Assembly (NCBI GenBank): GCA_013239625.1
Contig: MU054338.1
Location: 5,308,724-5,372,723, forward strand
DNA: 64,000 nt
Origin: Lama guanicoe
Taxonomy: Eukaryota
Reading direction: 5' to 3'
A program made the position numbers and the translations under genes. Positions 1-52,794 of this stretch are shown here, one piece after another. Below the pieces are notes generated by a model. The model ran no database searches. It was not told where the DNA came from and saw nothing but the letters and a program-made list of their open reading frames with translations. Position 1 is the first letter of the stretch. Each line of letters opens with the position of its first letter.

Positions 1-550
1 GGGGCCAGAGTGAGGTCCCTCTGCCAGGTGCCCATTCCTCCCCTACCCACCTGCATCCCCTGCCCACATCAGGGTCTGTGAATCTGTCTGGCCCTCACCA
101 TGGTCCCTGGAAACTGCCCCTGAAATAGCCCTTAAGGGACCAAGTCCCAGGTCAGGGACTTGACATGGCAGACCTTTGGGACCAGAAAATTCTTGGTGGT
201 GGGAGGCCGCTCTGTGCGCTGCGGGAGACTGTGCAGCACCCCCGGCCGCTTGACGCCTGCAGCACTGCTCCCCACCACCACCCAACTGTGACAAATAAAC
301 GTGTCCAGACATTACCACCTGTCCCCCGGGGAGCACAACCGCTGTCCCCACTGTGCTAGCCCACTCAGGGTCTGTCCAGCCACCACTCACAGAACAGCAC
401 CCACTGCACCCTCGCTTGCTGCAACTCTGCCCTCACTGTTTGCTCATTCCCACCCTTGGAGGCTCAGATCTTATTTCATTTTCTCTTGGGACTGAGGCGT
501 GGGGAGCCCCAGGGCCCTGTCCATCGCCCACCTGCCTGTGTGGGTCCTAC

Positions 551-40808
<40,258 letters not shown>

Positions 40809-42049
40809 GATGTGTCCCTCTGAGGCTGCGGGGAGGAAGCAGAGTCAATCTTACCAGAAACCCTTGGCCACAGGGCACCCAGGAGAAACAGGAGCAGTGG
40901 GACAGCTGCTGGGATGCAGAAACTGGGGGCCTGCGGGAATCCAGGGACACATTCGACCCTGACCCGGAAGCAGGTGAACAGTCAGGGGAGACTTCTAGGA
41001 GGAGGTGTGGTATCTCAGAGATGGAGTCAGCCAAGAGAAGGGTGCTGGGACAGAGCGAGCACAGTGAGAGCAGAGGTGAGAAGAGCATGGAACACTAAGC
41101 GGAGGGGACAGAGGGCCTGGGGGCCCTGGTGTTTCAGGAGTGCACAGTGGTGGAGAGGAGCATCTACTTTAGGCCAAGGGCTATGGAGAGCCCTTGAAGG
41201 GCTTTAAGTGGGAGGAAGAAGGGCAGAAATGGGCATTTGATGGAGTGTGGAAGGGCTTGTAGGGACCCCAGAGGAAGAATGCAGTTAGGGAGGCTGAGGG
41301 CAGGCATCCAGATGAGAGGAAAGGATTTGGGGGACAATGAGGAGGTGAAGTAAACGTCAGTTAGAGGTTGATTTGAAGGGAGATGGAAGGCCTGAGGAGA
41401 CTCCTAGAATTCTGGCTGGTAGGGCTGAGTGGAGGGAGAGAGGAGTGGGAGCTAGGTGACAGGAGGACATTCTGGGCAGGAGCACAGGGCACAATGGACA
41501 GAACAGCCCTCGGCCCAGCAGTCAAGGGACACTAAGGCCATCACACAGTGAGGAGCTGAATGGGCGATGAAGCCCAGGCAGAGGGGTGGGAGGGGAAGAG
41601 GATCCAAGGCACCCCACCCTCAGGAGGTGGCTGACTCTCTCCTGGGCCTGGAAGGACCGGAGGGAGGCGATGGCGGAGGAGATGATCAGGCAAAAGTTAG
41701 GGTGAAAACTGAGTACTCCAGGGACAGAAGGCAGACCAAGTGGCCCTCCAGGACAGGATGGGTGAGGGGGCTTTTAAGCCCCACTTTCTGGACCAGGGAG
41801 GAGAGGAACTGGGCTGGGAGCACAATGGATGAGTCCACTGTGTGCCCTTGGGCCAGTGGCTGCTCCTCTCTGGGCCTCGGGGTGACATGAGGGTCTGACC
41901 AGGTGGCTCCAAGGTCCTCAGAGAAGGAAAAGATCCTTGTCATCTTTGTTGGGCAGGGGAGAGTCGGCCCGGCTGGTGAGGGAGGGACACCCCTTCCTGC
42001 TTCCAAGCTGTCCAGGAGGGTCTGCGCTCTGAGGACTCCTCTAGGCAGC

Positions 42050-43150
42050 TCAGGGCCCCGCGGGGCCTCCATCTCCTGCCCCGCCAGCCTCAGCTCCCCC
42101 AGCCTCCGCGCCCCTCCCTCCAAAACTTTGCCTCCGCGAACCGCGCCCAGGAGTTGGTGGAATGAATGAGCGGGGACCGCGCGCACCGCACGAGAGAATC
42201 GGGGGTGGGAAGCGAGGAGCCCCGGGCTCCGCGGACGAGGAGGGGGCGCGCACCCGCGGAGCCAGCGGGCCGCGTTCTCCACCGGGCAGGGCCCGGGACG
42301 CAGGCCCCGGGGGCCGCGACCAAACTCGGCTCCGCCCTCACCTGCGGGTCAGAGCCGGGCGTGTGCCCCGCGCGGGGCCCGGCCCCTCCCGCCCGCCGCC
42401 CNNNNNNNNNNNCCGCACCCGAGCAGAGCCCCTCCTGCCCGCCGAGTCCCCGCGCCCCACTCCCGCGCGGATCCGAGCGCGGGGAGGGGAGGGGGCTGGG
42501 CCCGGGGCTGCCGGCTACAAACAAAGGAATCCCCTCCCCCTCCGTCGCCCCGGCCCCCTCCTCCCGCCCCTGCCTCCCCCTCCCGTCGTCCCCGCCTCCT
42601 CCGTCCGCCGCCGGTCCCGCGCTTGCCCTACCTGCGAACCGGCGCGCGTGGAGGCAGGCGCCGCGAGCGGATGCGCGAGGCTCGGCGTTGGAGGGCCGGT
42701 TCGGAGCGGCGCTGGGGGCCCGGGGCGGGAACACGAAACCGAGAGGCCGACCCCGCCGCCTTCCCAGCCCAGAGCTGCCACTTGGGGGGAGTCGGGGGCG
42801 GGAGGAGTTGGGGGAGGGCGCTTTTGCACCTCGAAGCTCCCGGGGCGGGGGCCCGGGGCTCAGATCCTGGGCTGGGGGAGGGGCTGGAGCTGGGGGAGGG
42901 CCTGGGGCTCCGGGTGAAACTCCAAGGGGCTGAAGAAACGGCATGGGGGCCACGAAGCCGAGGCGTGGGCTGAGACGCGGGGTGTGGGTGCTGCGGGGAC
43001 CGCGTTTCGTATAGAAATTAACTGAAGGTAGCCCTGAGATGGGGCTGTGAGTCGGGGTAGCCTGGAAGAGATCCAGGCCCAAGAGGTCCCGGGACTCACC
43101 TGGAGGCCCTCTCCTGCGTCCTCCCAAGCCGCCGCCGCCTCTTCCCTCGG
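42050..43150 (-). promoter_or_regulatory. FBN3: CpG island; probable FBN3 promoter and non-coding first exon(s)
   Basis: Very GC- and CpG-dense with many GC boxes; 1.2-2.3 kb upstream of the ATG exon; consensus minus-strand donors at 42341, 42631, 43099 and 43186. Confidence 0.8.
42402..42412. other. Assembly gap (11 N)
   Basis: Run of n in the sequence. Confidence 0.99.
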
Positions 43151-46100
43151 GCAAGGAGAATTCCAACGGTGACTTGGGAAACTTACCTGTAGCCTGGATT
43201 CTTAACTCGACTAAGATCCAGAAGCCCTTAAAAGTAGACAGAACATTGGGCAAAGATGCATTTCCTAGGGAGGAGGTCCGCATTTTTCATCCTGATTCTT
43301 AAAATGAAGAGTTTAAGAATCCAGAAATGTCTAGATTTTCTGATCCTCGGTTTCTCTACCTGCCACAAGGGCTGAGTTTCAGAGTTTTTGCTTCATATCT
43401 GGAGTCTATATCCCAAGTAAAATTTTCTAGTTTTTCCTTGAAAACTTTCCCACCCTTGAGAAGAAACACCATCAGTGATCCTTAATATGGGAATTGGTCA
43501 GAAGCTGTTTGTTGGACCTGAGGCTGTTATTACACTCGGCAAACTCCTATGCATCTGGCAAAGCCCAGTTCAAAAATCCTCCCCACCCTCAAACTAACTT
43601 TACACTGTTGAATTCCCAAAACTGACTGTGCCGATCGTGCCTCCGTCATAGCACTTCCAGAACATAATAAATAGCAAATAACAATTTGAGCTGTTACCTA
43701 TCTGGTGCTATGTGCCAGGCTTGGTGTTAAGAGTTTCATATACATTATCTCATTTAGTCGCCAAGAAACCCTACCAAGGAGATACTCTTATAATCTCCCA
43801 ATATGGGTTCCAAAAGACAGGCCTGGACTCAATGACACTCCTGCGCCAGAGAGAAGGACCCTGGGAGGGGAAAGAGAAAGGTGCATTCTGCCCAGGAATG
43901 GGAGCCTTGAAGGATCAGTGGAAAGAAGCAAATATGAAAAGTGGAGGGAAGGACAGGCAAAGGCCTAGAGACAGGAGAGTATGGAACATTCGGGAATTGA
44001 GTGAGGCTGGAGATTTGGGGGAAAGGAGAAAAAGAAGGAGGGCAAGAGGGGCCCTAGAGAGGTAGCAGAGGCCAGGAGCACCCAGAAGCCCTCAGTAGTC
44101 TACCCCCACCTCTGAGGGGGGCCATGATGGGCTCCCAGGAAGAGGAGTCACTCTAGAGGCTACTCTGTGGGGTCTAGAACTGAGTCTGGGGGCAGTGATG
44201 GCTCCAGGGCTGGGCTGAGGAAGCATGAGGCAGAGGGAAACTTTGAGGACAAGTTTCAGGGCATCCTGGTAGAGGGAGCAGGGTTCCCGGGGCCTGAGAG
44301 AAGGGTCAGGATGGCGTGGGGAGAGTGGGCTAGGGCAGAACCTCGGGGTCAAGTTGACAGAGGTGTGGGATTCCAGTATGGGAAGGCGCAGGGGCTGTTG
44401 TGGAAGAGTCAGCTTCCAGGGACACCTCTGTCACCCCTTCTCAGGCTCCTTTGCCAAGGTCCACCTAGTCTGCTCTGCAGCCACCAAATGTGTCTTACAC
44501 AGACACTGGGGTAGGTACCAGCTGTCCTAGAAGCGCCCAGCGTAGGTGCAGAAGGTAGGGAGGGATCGTCCCATGCCAGGGACATAGCATGACCAATACT
44601 CCGATGGCTAAGCCCAGGGGAAGGCTGGTGGATCAGGCAGTGATTCCTTCTCCCTACCTGCTCTCTGGCAGCCAGGAGAGAAGGACTCCATGAAATGTGC
44701 CCAGACAAAAGCAATGTGGAATTATTGGAAGTCTCCCTGACATGCGGAAGTTCTCAGTGACAGTAGGGACTGAGTGCTTCTGGTCAATGCAACCCCCACA
44801 ACTACTGTCACACCTTCTTGCCTTTCATTGGCACTGCTGCCTGGGTCTGTGACACTGCTGCCCATTACCAATGAGGTCTCCCTGAGAACGTCCCCTATGT
44901 GGTCACTCCAGTATGTCACACTGTCGCAAAGTGACATTTAAGCGCTCATTCCCTGCCTCCCGGCATCCCAGGGCCACCCCAACACTGTCATGAGGACAGA
45001 GCATGTCACACAGTCTCCCCATCAATATTGCAGGATCGCCAAATTCCTATTCCAAGGTCACCCGTCACTGTCACTCACTGCTATCACCCATCAATGGGAC
45101 ACCTTGCTGTTTTATGGCTTCCTCCACTGCCTGTGACATTCATGTTGTCTCCTGTCACCTTTATCTTGTTGCTGTGACATTGTCATCCATTAATAATTGT
45201 ACTGTCACCCAGAGTGTCAGGATTCTCCAACTGCAAGTGATAAGAAATCAGCCTCAGCAGAAAGGGCACACGGTCACGTGCAGAATCCCCGGAAGGATTT
45301 GGGGTTCTCCAGCCAGAACAGTCACCCCCAAATCACCCACAGAGCTGGTCCCATCCATTCCCTCTCCACTCCCTGGGCTCAGATAATGCTTGATGGTCCC
45401 GGATGCTGGAAACCAGCGCCACCCTCAGCAAAACGGAATCCAGGGGCCCCAATTCTGATGCCAGCATCTGTCAAGATTCAGGGCAGAGCCACCTGGCTGG
45501 AGGACAATGCAGGTGAATGCCTTCACCTTGCTGCAAGGGGGCTGGGAAAATGCAGACGTTTTGTTATGGGATCCACCTTGTGAAGGGGGTATTTCCCAGA
45601 CCCGGGGAAAGGTCATCTGAGTTGCCTGATGGCCAAGGAGATGGCAGAGGTCCTCTATGCTGTCTTGTCATTAGTCCCTGTTCCTGAACCCTCTCCCTTG
45701 TCATTCATCACCATCACAGTCTTTTTTTTTTTTTTTAACCCCCACCCGCATCACACTTTTTTTTTTTTCTTGGCAGCCAATCAACTTTCGTCACTCTTCG
45801 CCACACCTGACCCGGGTATAGTCTCCTTGCCCTACACACATAGCTCTCCCTGCGTGGAGCCACCTGGCAACGGGAGAGAGCGTGTCCGCTTCAAAGACAG
45901 GCTCTGGGGGTCCCAAGCCCCTGGAGAGGACGATGGGCCTTATCGCCTAGCCAAGCCAGCAGCACCCCAGGATGGACACGCGGACCCCAGCCAGCCTCCT
46001 ACTGTGCTTCCCCAAGAACACGGCTTCCCCCAGCAAATGGGGTCTTCCACCACCTTTGGAAAGGAGGCTGCCTCTGGTTGGGTGGTGCTCTGAACAGCAG

Positions 46101-47369
46101 TCAAGACTCCAGGAAACAAGGCCCAAGGTGGGTAAAGGGTGACTGTTTCTTCCTCCCGACCAGACTGAAGAAAACCAGGTCGGCGCAGGCCTGTCATCAC
46201 AGTGCTGTCACCTCTCACTGCAAAGCTCCCCTGCTGTCCCCAGTCACCGTAGTACGGCCGCCCTTCTGACATTACCCCAATCTCTAGGGTATTCTCCTAT
46301 TACAGTGTCATCTGTTGCTGTCACACTGTCTCCTCATCATCACCTGTTGCTGTCATACTTTCTCCATCACCCCCCTGTTCCTGTTCATTGTCACCTGTCG
46401 CTGTCACATTGCCACACCGTTCATGTTACCCTAAGCACCCCCACACTGCTGTCATCCTGGGGCACTCTGGAATGTCTGAGTCATTCCAGCTCCATTCGCT
46501 CCCCACGTGCCCCCTCCCCTGACTTTCTGTGCCTTTCCAGAGTCCCCTCTTGCAGACAGAACTCAACTGTGTGTGTCCAGGGCCAGAAGATTCCCAAATG
46601 CCCATTAGCATGGTCCTGAGGGAGGGATGGAGACAGGGCTGGCACAGTGTGCCCAGGAGCACAGGGCCAGGGCTGGGGACAAAGAGGCATGGCGGTGGGG
46701 GTGCAGTCTGTGCTGTGTGGGGTGCACTGGGCCTGCCTGGGCCTGGTGGTCTGGGGACAGAGCTCTCTTTGTCTGAGCGCAGGAAGCAGCTGGGCTCAGG
46801 GAGGATGGAGCATATGGCTGGAGAGTTTGGCCGGATGCCTGGAAATGAGACTGACGTGGGGGGGGTGGCGGTGAAAGGGTGACAGGTCCTGGAGTTCCCG
46901 GGAAGGTCCCGAGAAGGTCAGGCACAGGCCAGGGGGTTGGGGGTGGTCACAGAGAACATCTGGACCCCAGGGCTTCCCCATCTGTTTCACTGTGTGCTCA
47001 CTTTGTGCCTGGCAGGACCCTCACAGCAGACCCGTGAGGCAGGCCCTCCTGTACCCATTACACAGATGGGAAAACAGAAGCACAGGGCCCCCAAGTCACT
47101 CACCCAGTCCCCACAGCCAGTAAAGAGCACAGGCAGATCTGATTCCAGGTCACAAAGCCCCAGACCTCAGTCTCCTGGAAAGAGGGAGGCAGTGGAAACC
47201 TCTCTGTCTCTCATACATTCTTTTCTCTTTGACAATGAACTCAAACATTAGGACCCATCTGCTTTCTGTATCTTTCTGCCCTTGCTTTTTTTTTTTTTCT
47301 CTTTGTAAACATTTCTCTTCCTTGTAAACCAAATAAGTGCCTTTCGGTGATGATCATCTTTTTCGGCTT

Positions 47370-47790
47370 TTTAAATTAAGATAACATTCACATAACATGA
47401 AATTAACCATTTTACAGTGCAGTTCCCAGTATTGTGCAACCATCTATCTAGTTCCAAGATATTTTCATCAGCCCAGAATGAAATCCTGTACCCACTACCC
47501 CCTCCCCACAGCTCCGGCAACCAATAATCTACTTTCTGTCTCTATAGATTTGCCTACTCTGGACTTTTCATATCAATAGAATAATGCAGTATGTAGCCTT
47601 TCAATCTAATGTTTTTCTCAACCAGTAATGACATCAAGGTTCATCCACGTTGTAGCATGTATGGAAACTGCCTTTTTGTGGCTGAATAATATTCCATTGT
47701 ATGGATTGGACCATAGCTTGTGTATCCATTGACACACACTTGGATTGTTTCCACTTTGGGTGCTTGTGAATAGTCTGCTATGAACGGACT
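47370..47790 (-). mobile_element. L1MB-type fragment
   Basis: AAGGTTCATCCACGTTGTAGCATGT...GGCTGAATAATATTCCATTG. Confidence 0.75.
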
Positions 47791-48829
47791 TGCTCTTCTC
47801 ACCTCTTAAGACTTCTTGGAACTATTTCGGTGTCACTTCAAAGATAATGTGCTCCTTCTCTTCCATGTCTATGCAGGACTCCGCTGGTGAGCGCAGCTGT
47901 GGTTTATTTACCACGTCATCTGCTAGTGATGAGCCTTTGTAAATTTCAGACAGTACTTCAGGAAATAGCCTAGTCCAGGCGCCACCCCATACTACATGTC
48001 ACATGGGGCTTTTTGTTAGGGAGAATGTCAAAAGCAGAGAGAATATCTAGACAGCGTGGTGAGCCTCCATGACTCCATTTGTCAGCTTCAACCCTTATCC
48101 ATGTATGGTCACTCTCGCCACCTCCCACCCAACCAGCCTGTCCAATGAAGGAACAAACCTGGGTGATGTCAGCTCCTGCAGGATCAGCCACCGGAGAGCA
48201 GAAGCCCAAGATGCACAGAGGACAGCTGTCCCCTGTGACTCCTACGAAGCCAGAGCCACAGGAAGGATGAAACAGCAGGGCCACACGAGCATTGCAGGGA
48301 GGGTTAAGAATCATCTGGGGGCAGCAGATGCAGCTTAGCCGTCGTGTGGTCCAGCGGCCACTCATCCCAGGGCAAGGAGGGATGGCGACTGCTGACAGCA
48401 AAAGTGCTGGCCAGGAGGAGGGGTGGGAGGAACACAGTGCCCCAAAGACCCTTGGAGGTCCAAGGCAGGAACTTCGGAACGGGAGGGCTTCCAGAAACTC
48501 TGGGTAGAGAAATCGGAGCAGAGCCACAGAACCATGATGGGCAAACATTTCCTGAGCTGGAGACAGGCTTGTGTCTCTAAAGGAAAGGGCTCCTGACTGT
48601 CAGACTGCGCCCCGCCCCCGGTGACACACCGCCAAGAAGAGGTACACCTCTGCCACTTCTGGAATGTCATGACTTGGAAGATCTAGAGGGCATCCTAGGA
48701 GAGCATTCTCATCCGGAACCTCCAGAAGCCAGAAGGTAACAGAACCACTCTACTTCATAGAGGCTTTTTTTAGCTGGGGTGCCAGGGAGGTGCCACCTCT
48801 CATCCATGAGGATGACAATTATTAAAAAA

Positions 48830-49350
48830 AAAACAAACTAGATTTAAATATAGAAAATAATGAGTGTTAGTGAGGATGTGGAGAAATTAGAAGCCTCATG
48901 CATTGCTGGTGGGAATGCAAATGGTGTAGCCCCTGAGGAAAGCAGTCTGGGGATTCCTCAAAAAGTTAAACCAAGGAAGAAAGGTATAGCCCAAGTGGTA
49001 GAATGCATGCTTAGCATGCACAAGGTCCTAGGTTCAATTCCCAGTACCTCCTCTAAAAATAAATAAGTAAACCTAATTACCTCCCCTCTCCAAAAAAATT
49101 AAATAAATCTTAAAAAAAAAAAATTTTTTAAAGTTAAACCAAGGACTACTACCGTATGATCCTGTAATTCCACTTCTGGGTATTGACACAAAAGAAGCGA
49201 GCTCAGGGTCTCAAAAAGATATTTGCATATGCATTTTCATACCATAATTATTCCCAATAGACAACAGGTGGAAACAATCCATTGCTGGATGAATGGATAA
49301 ACAAAATGTGGTCCATCCATACAATGGAATTGTATTCAGCCTTATTTTTC
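48830..49350 (+). mobile_element. L1 fragment (ORF2 3' region) split by a SINE
   Basis: GAGGATGTGGAGAAATTAGAAGCCTCATGCATTGCTGGTGGGAATGCAAA. Confidence 0.75.
48978..49129 (+). mobile_element. vic-1-like SINE inserted in an L1
   Basis: 16-bp TSD AAAGTTAAACCAAGGA (48962-48977 and 49130-49145). Confidence 0.9.
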
Positions 49351-49474
49351 ATTCAAGAACAGACACATATTTCTGTGATTATTACAAAACTACCCTCCAG
49401 AAAGGGTTTATATCTGTCTCCTGGGGCCGGGTAATGAAGTGCCATGAACTAGGTGACTTAGAACCATGGAAGTG

Positions 49475-50119
49475 TATAAGCATAGCTTTTGTTATCTGTG
49501 TTTTTGATGCTTTTACACCTGAGGCCTTGCTGGCTCTGGAGGGACTGCCCCTCCCAGGACGAATTAATTCCTGGTATCGCCCTGCAGGGCACCATTCAGA
49601 TGCAAAGCAACCAGTCCAGAGCCCACACCTTCAACCACCAAGGGCCTCACCTTTGCCCTAAGCACCTGGGACCGGGTGCCAGGCAGTGAGGGCCAGCCCC
49701 TACACCCCAAGCTGGCTGAAATTATTCAAACTGGCTAATCCTAAACCTGCTTACCCTGCATTGCCTGGCCTTCCCCTTGGGAACCACGATAAAGTTCTTA
49801 TGTTTCCCCAGGCCCTGTCCACCTCCTGACCAACCCTGGTGCTGCCCCATGTGGCCCTGTGTGGTGTACCGCGCCCCTCTTTTTAGGAACTGTAATAACC
49901 TTTTTTTTTTTTTTGCAGGGAGGTGGTAATTAGGTTTACTTATTTATTTTCAGAGGAGGTACTGAGGATTGAACCCAGGACCTCATGCATGCTGAGCGTG
50001 CGCCCTGCCACGTGAGCTATACCCTCCCCTGCCAACCACCTACCTTTTCAATGGCCATTGTCTCCTGGCCGGTTGTCTCTGTCATACCTGCATAATGATA
50101 AAACCCACATTTTAAAGCA
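49475..50119 (+). mobile_element. MER74-like ERVL LTR nested in an MLT1 LTR
   Basis: GGCCTTGCTGGCTCTGGAGGGACTGCCCCTCCCAGG...GAAATTATTCAAACTGGCTAATCCTAA...AAAACCCACATTTTAAAGCA. Confidence 0.75.
49901..50029 (-). mobile_element. vic-1-like SINE inside a MER74-like LTR
   Basis: Poly-T, GGTAATTAGGTTT, then GATTGAACCCAGGACCTC...AGCTATACCCTCCCC. Confidence 0.9.
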
Positions 50120-50709
50120 GTCTCTGCATCCTAATTTCTCTCTGTTTGTAAGGACACTAGTCATATTAGGTTAGGGCCCATTCTAATGACCTCATTTTAA
50201 TTTGATTGCCTTTGTAAAAACGCTATTTCCAAACAAGGTCACATTCTGAGGTCCTGAGGGTTAGGACTTCAACATATTTTTGGCAGGGGCGGGGGGGGGC
50301 AGGGAAGGATGCGATTCAAACCATAACAGGTTCTATCAGCTGATACCCACCTGAGCACCTGAGAGAACCCATTTGCTTGTTGACTGACACTAGGTGTGAC
50401 ACAAGAGTGTGTTCAATTCCTCTGCATCCAGTATGTCCTGAACCCTCCAGACTCCAATCCTGGGCAACCCATCAGCAGAGCCCAGGTGGGCTCGAGGACT
50501 GGAGGTCACCAAGGTGAATAAGAAGCTTGTGCCTGCTTAGGACCTGTTTCATTTCACCTGGAGGAGGCTGAGAAGGTGACCCTTTTCCAAGGACCACACT
50601 CTTAGGAATCTCCCTTGAGGACAGAGTCCAGAAACAACGCATGGGTTTGGGGAAGCCCGGTGGGGGAGATGGGTCAGCGATTCCAGGTCAAAGTTTGGAG
50701 GCCGTATAG

Positions 50710-51290
50710 GAAGAGGTATTTGCGCACCCATGTTCATCGCAGCAGGATTCGCAACAGCCAAGACATGGAAGCAACCCAAGTGTCCATTAACAGATGAACG
50801 GATAAACTAAATGTGGTATCTATATGATGGAGTATTATCCAACCTTAAAAAGAAAGGCGATCCTGACACCTGCTACAACACGATGAACCTTGAAGACACG
50901 ATGCTCGGTCTGTCAGTTTCCACTCATGGGAGGTTCCGAGAGGAGTCAGATCCTTAGAGACACAAAGTAGGTGGTGGGGCCAGGGGGAGGGGGAGGGGGA
51001 GTCAGTGTTTCATGGAGACAGAGCTTCAGTTCAGGAAGATGAGAACATTCTGGAGATGGATGGTGGTGATGGTTGCCCAACAATGTGCTTAATAGCACTA
51101 AAAAGTACACTTAAAGATGGTGAAGCAATCGTTCCATGATGTATGTGTACATCAAATCATCCCATTGTACACTTTAAACAAATACAATTATATTTATCAA
51201 GTACTCCTCCGTAAAGTAGGAAAATTTTTTTTTAAGAATTTAAAGAATGATTTGAATGGCAAATTTTGTGTCATGTGTGTTGTACACATT
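50710..51290 (+). mobile_element. L1MB-type 3' fragment
   Basis: CACCCATGTTCATCGCAGCA...GGAAGCAACCCAAGTGTCCATTAACAGATGAA. Confidence 0.75.
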
Positions 51291-51509
51291 TTTTGTTTTA
51301 ATGTGGAGTCTCACTGCTGAGCTCATCCAAGCCCAGCCCTTTGGCAGAGTTCCCTCCCTACCTTCGGCCTCCATCTCTGGAGGGGTGGGGCTGGGCGAGT
51401 CTGATTCCTCAGCCATCTCTGTTCCCCAGGGCATCCCCAGAAACATGACTCATGCCAGCTTCACTGAGTGCTCAGTGTTTTTCTTGGTTTTTGTTTTTTC
51501 CCTCTCTCT

Positions 51510-51592
51510 CTTTTTTAACGGAGGTACTGGGGATTGAGCCCAGGACCTCGTGCACGCTAAGCATGCGTTCGGAGATAATACCCTCCCCTCCC
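51510..51592 (-). mobile_element. vic-1-like SINE (partial)
   Basis: GGAGGTACTGGGGATTGAGCCCAGGACCTCGTGCACGCTAAGCATGCG...TACCCTCCCC. Confidence 0.8.
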
Positions 51593-51914
51593 CATTTTCT
51601 CGCTTGAGGGAGAGAAAAGTCTAGATGTTTCTGCAGCTCTAGGACAAACAGTTGCTAGCTGCCATTTCCCTTCACAAGTCATGCATTTCCTGTACCTCTG
51701 ACAGTTTGGACACATTTCTAGAGTCACAGTCCTCTCTTTATCACTGGGGAGGACAGACTTGGTCACCGTTCGGGGAGACAGTTGGAGCAGCCAGGCTGGT
51801 TGCACCCAGAACATGGAGCTTGGAACGTGAGGTGATGGTCAACGCAGCATCCATTGGATGCCTTCTGCTCACTGCCCGCTGACCTGCCGGAACCTTCTCC
51901 TTCAAGTTGGAGGG

Positions 51915-52520
51915 GGTGTGAGCATCCTATGGCCACGGTAACAAATTACAACAAACTTGATGGCTTGAAAAACACAAACTGATTATCTTACAATTCTGGA
52001 AGTCAGAGTCGGAAATGGTTTTCACTGGGCTAATGTCAAGGTGTCCTCAGGGCTGTGATCATTCTGGAGGCTCCAGGAAGAGTCCATTTCTGGGCCTTTT
52101 CCAGCTTCTAGAAGCCACCTACATGCCTTGGAACATGGCTGCTTTCTCCATCTTCAAAACCAGTGATGTAGCATCTTCTTTTATTATTATTATTTTTTTA
52201 TTTTTTAAGTGTTTTGCAGGGAATGGTAATTAGGTGTTGTTTTTTTTTTTGATGGTGGTATTGAGGATTGAACCCAGGACCTCGTGCATGATAAGCACGC
52301 ACTCTACCACTGAGCTAGACCCTCCCCCTTGTATAGCATCTTCTAACCTCTCTCTGACTCTCCTGCCTCCCTCTTATGAGGACCCTGGTGATTCCACTGG
52401 AGCCACCCAAGTAATGCAGGAGTGTCTCCCCATCTCCAGACCCTTAACTTCATCCCATCTGCAAAGATGCTTCCATGTTAGGTAACATCTCCACAGGTCC
52501 TGGGGATGAAGATGTGGACA
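51915..52520 (-). mobile_element. MLT1-type MaLR LTR
   Basis: GTAACAAATTACAACAAACTTGATGGCTT...TTCCAGCTTCTAGAAGCCACC. Confidence 0.75.
52180..52330 (-). mobile_element. vic-1-like SINE inside an MLT1 LTR
   Basis: 11-bp TSD TAGCATCTTCT (52169-52179 and 52334-52344). Confidence 0.88.
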
Positions 52521-52794
52521 TCTCTGGGTTGCTCTGGAGAGTTTTCCTGATGGAGAAGATATCTCACCATCAGCTCCAGAGGAATGAGCAAGTTGTGAAG
52601 TCCCAGTTGTGCCTCTCGACCTCCAGACCTTGTTTCCCTCATCTGGGAAATGGGAAAGAAAATCTCTTTTGGTCCTTTTCTTGGGAAAATCAAGTGGGGT
52701 CAAGCTGAGAGAAACGTGCCATGGCCACGTGGTAGCCCGAGACACAGATGCCCAGGGACCCAGTCCTGAAGGCCTCATTTGTTTCTATAGCAAC

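Noticed and set aside
1..550. Possible next FBN3 exon (cbEGF35)
   Set aside because: No D-x-D-E-C exon or matching splice sites on the minus strand; the region is intronic and the exon must lie outside the window.
42090..43283. Long overlapping ORFs in the CpG island
   Set aside because: Stop codons are rare at this GC content; the ORFs are open in several frames, span an N gap and resemble no protein.
47790..48800. ~1 kb of non-repeat-looking sequence with a 192-aa minus-strand ORF
   Set aside because: No recognisable domain, splice pattern or poly(A)/TSD; I cannot support a gene or pseudogene call without a search.
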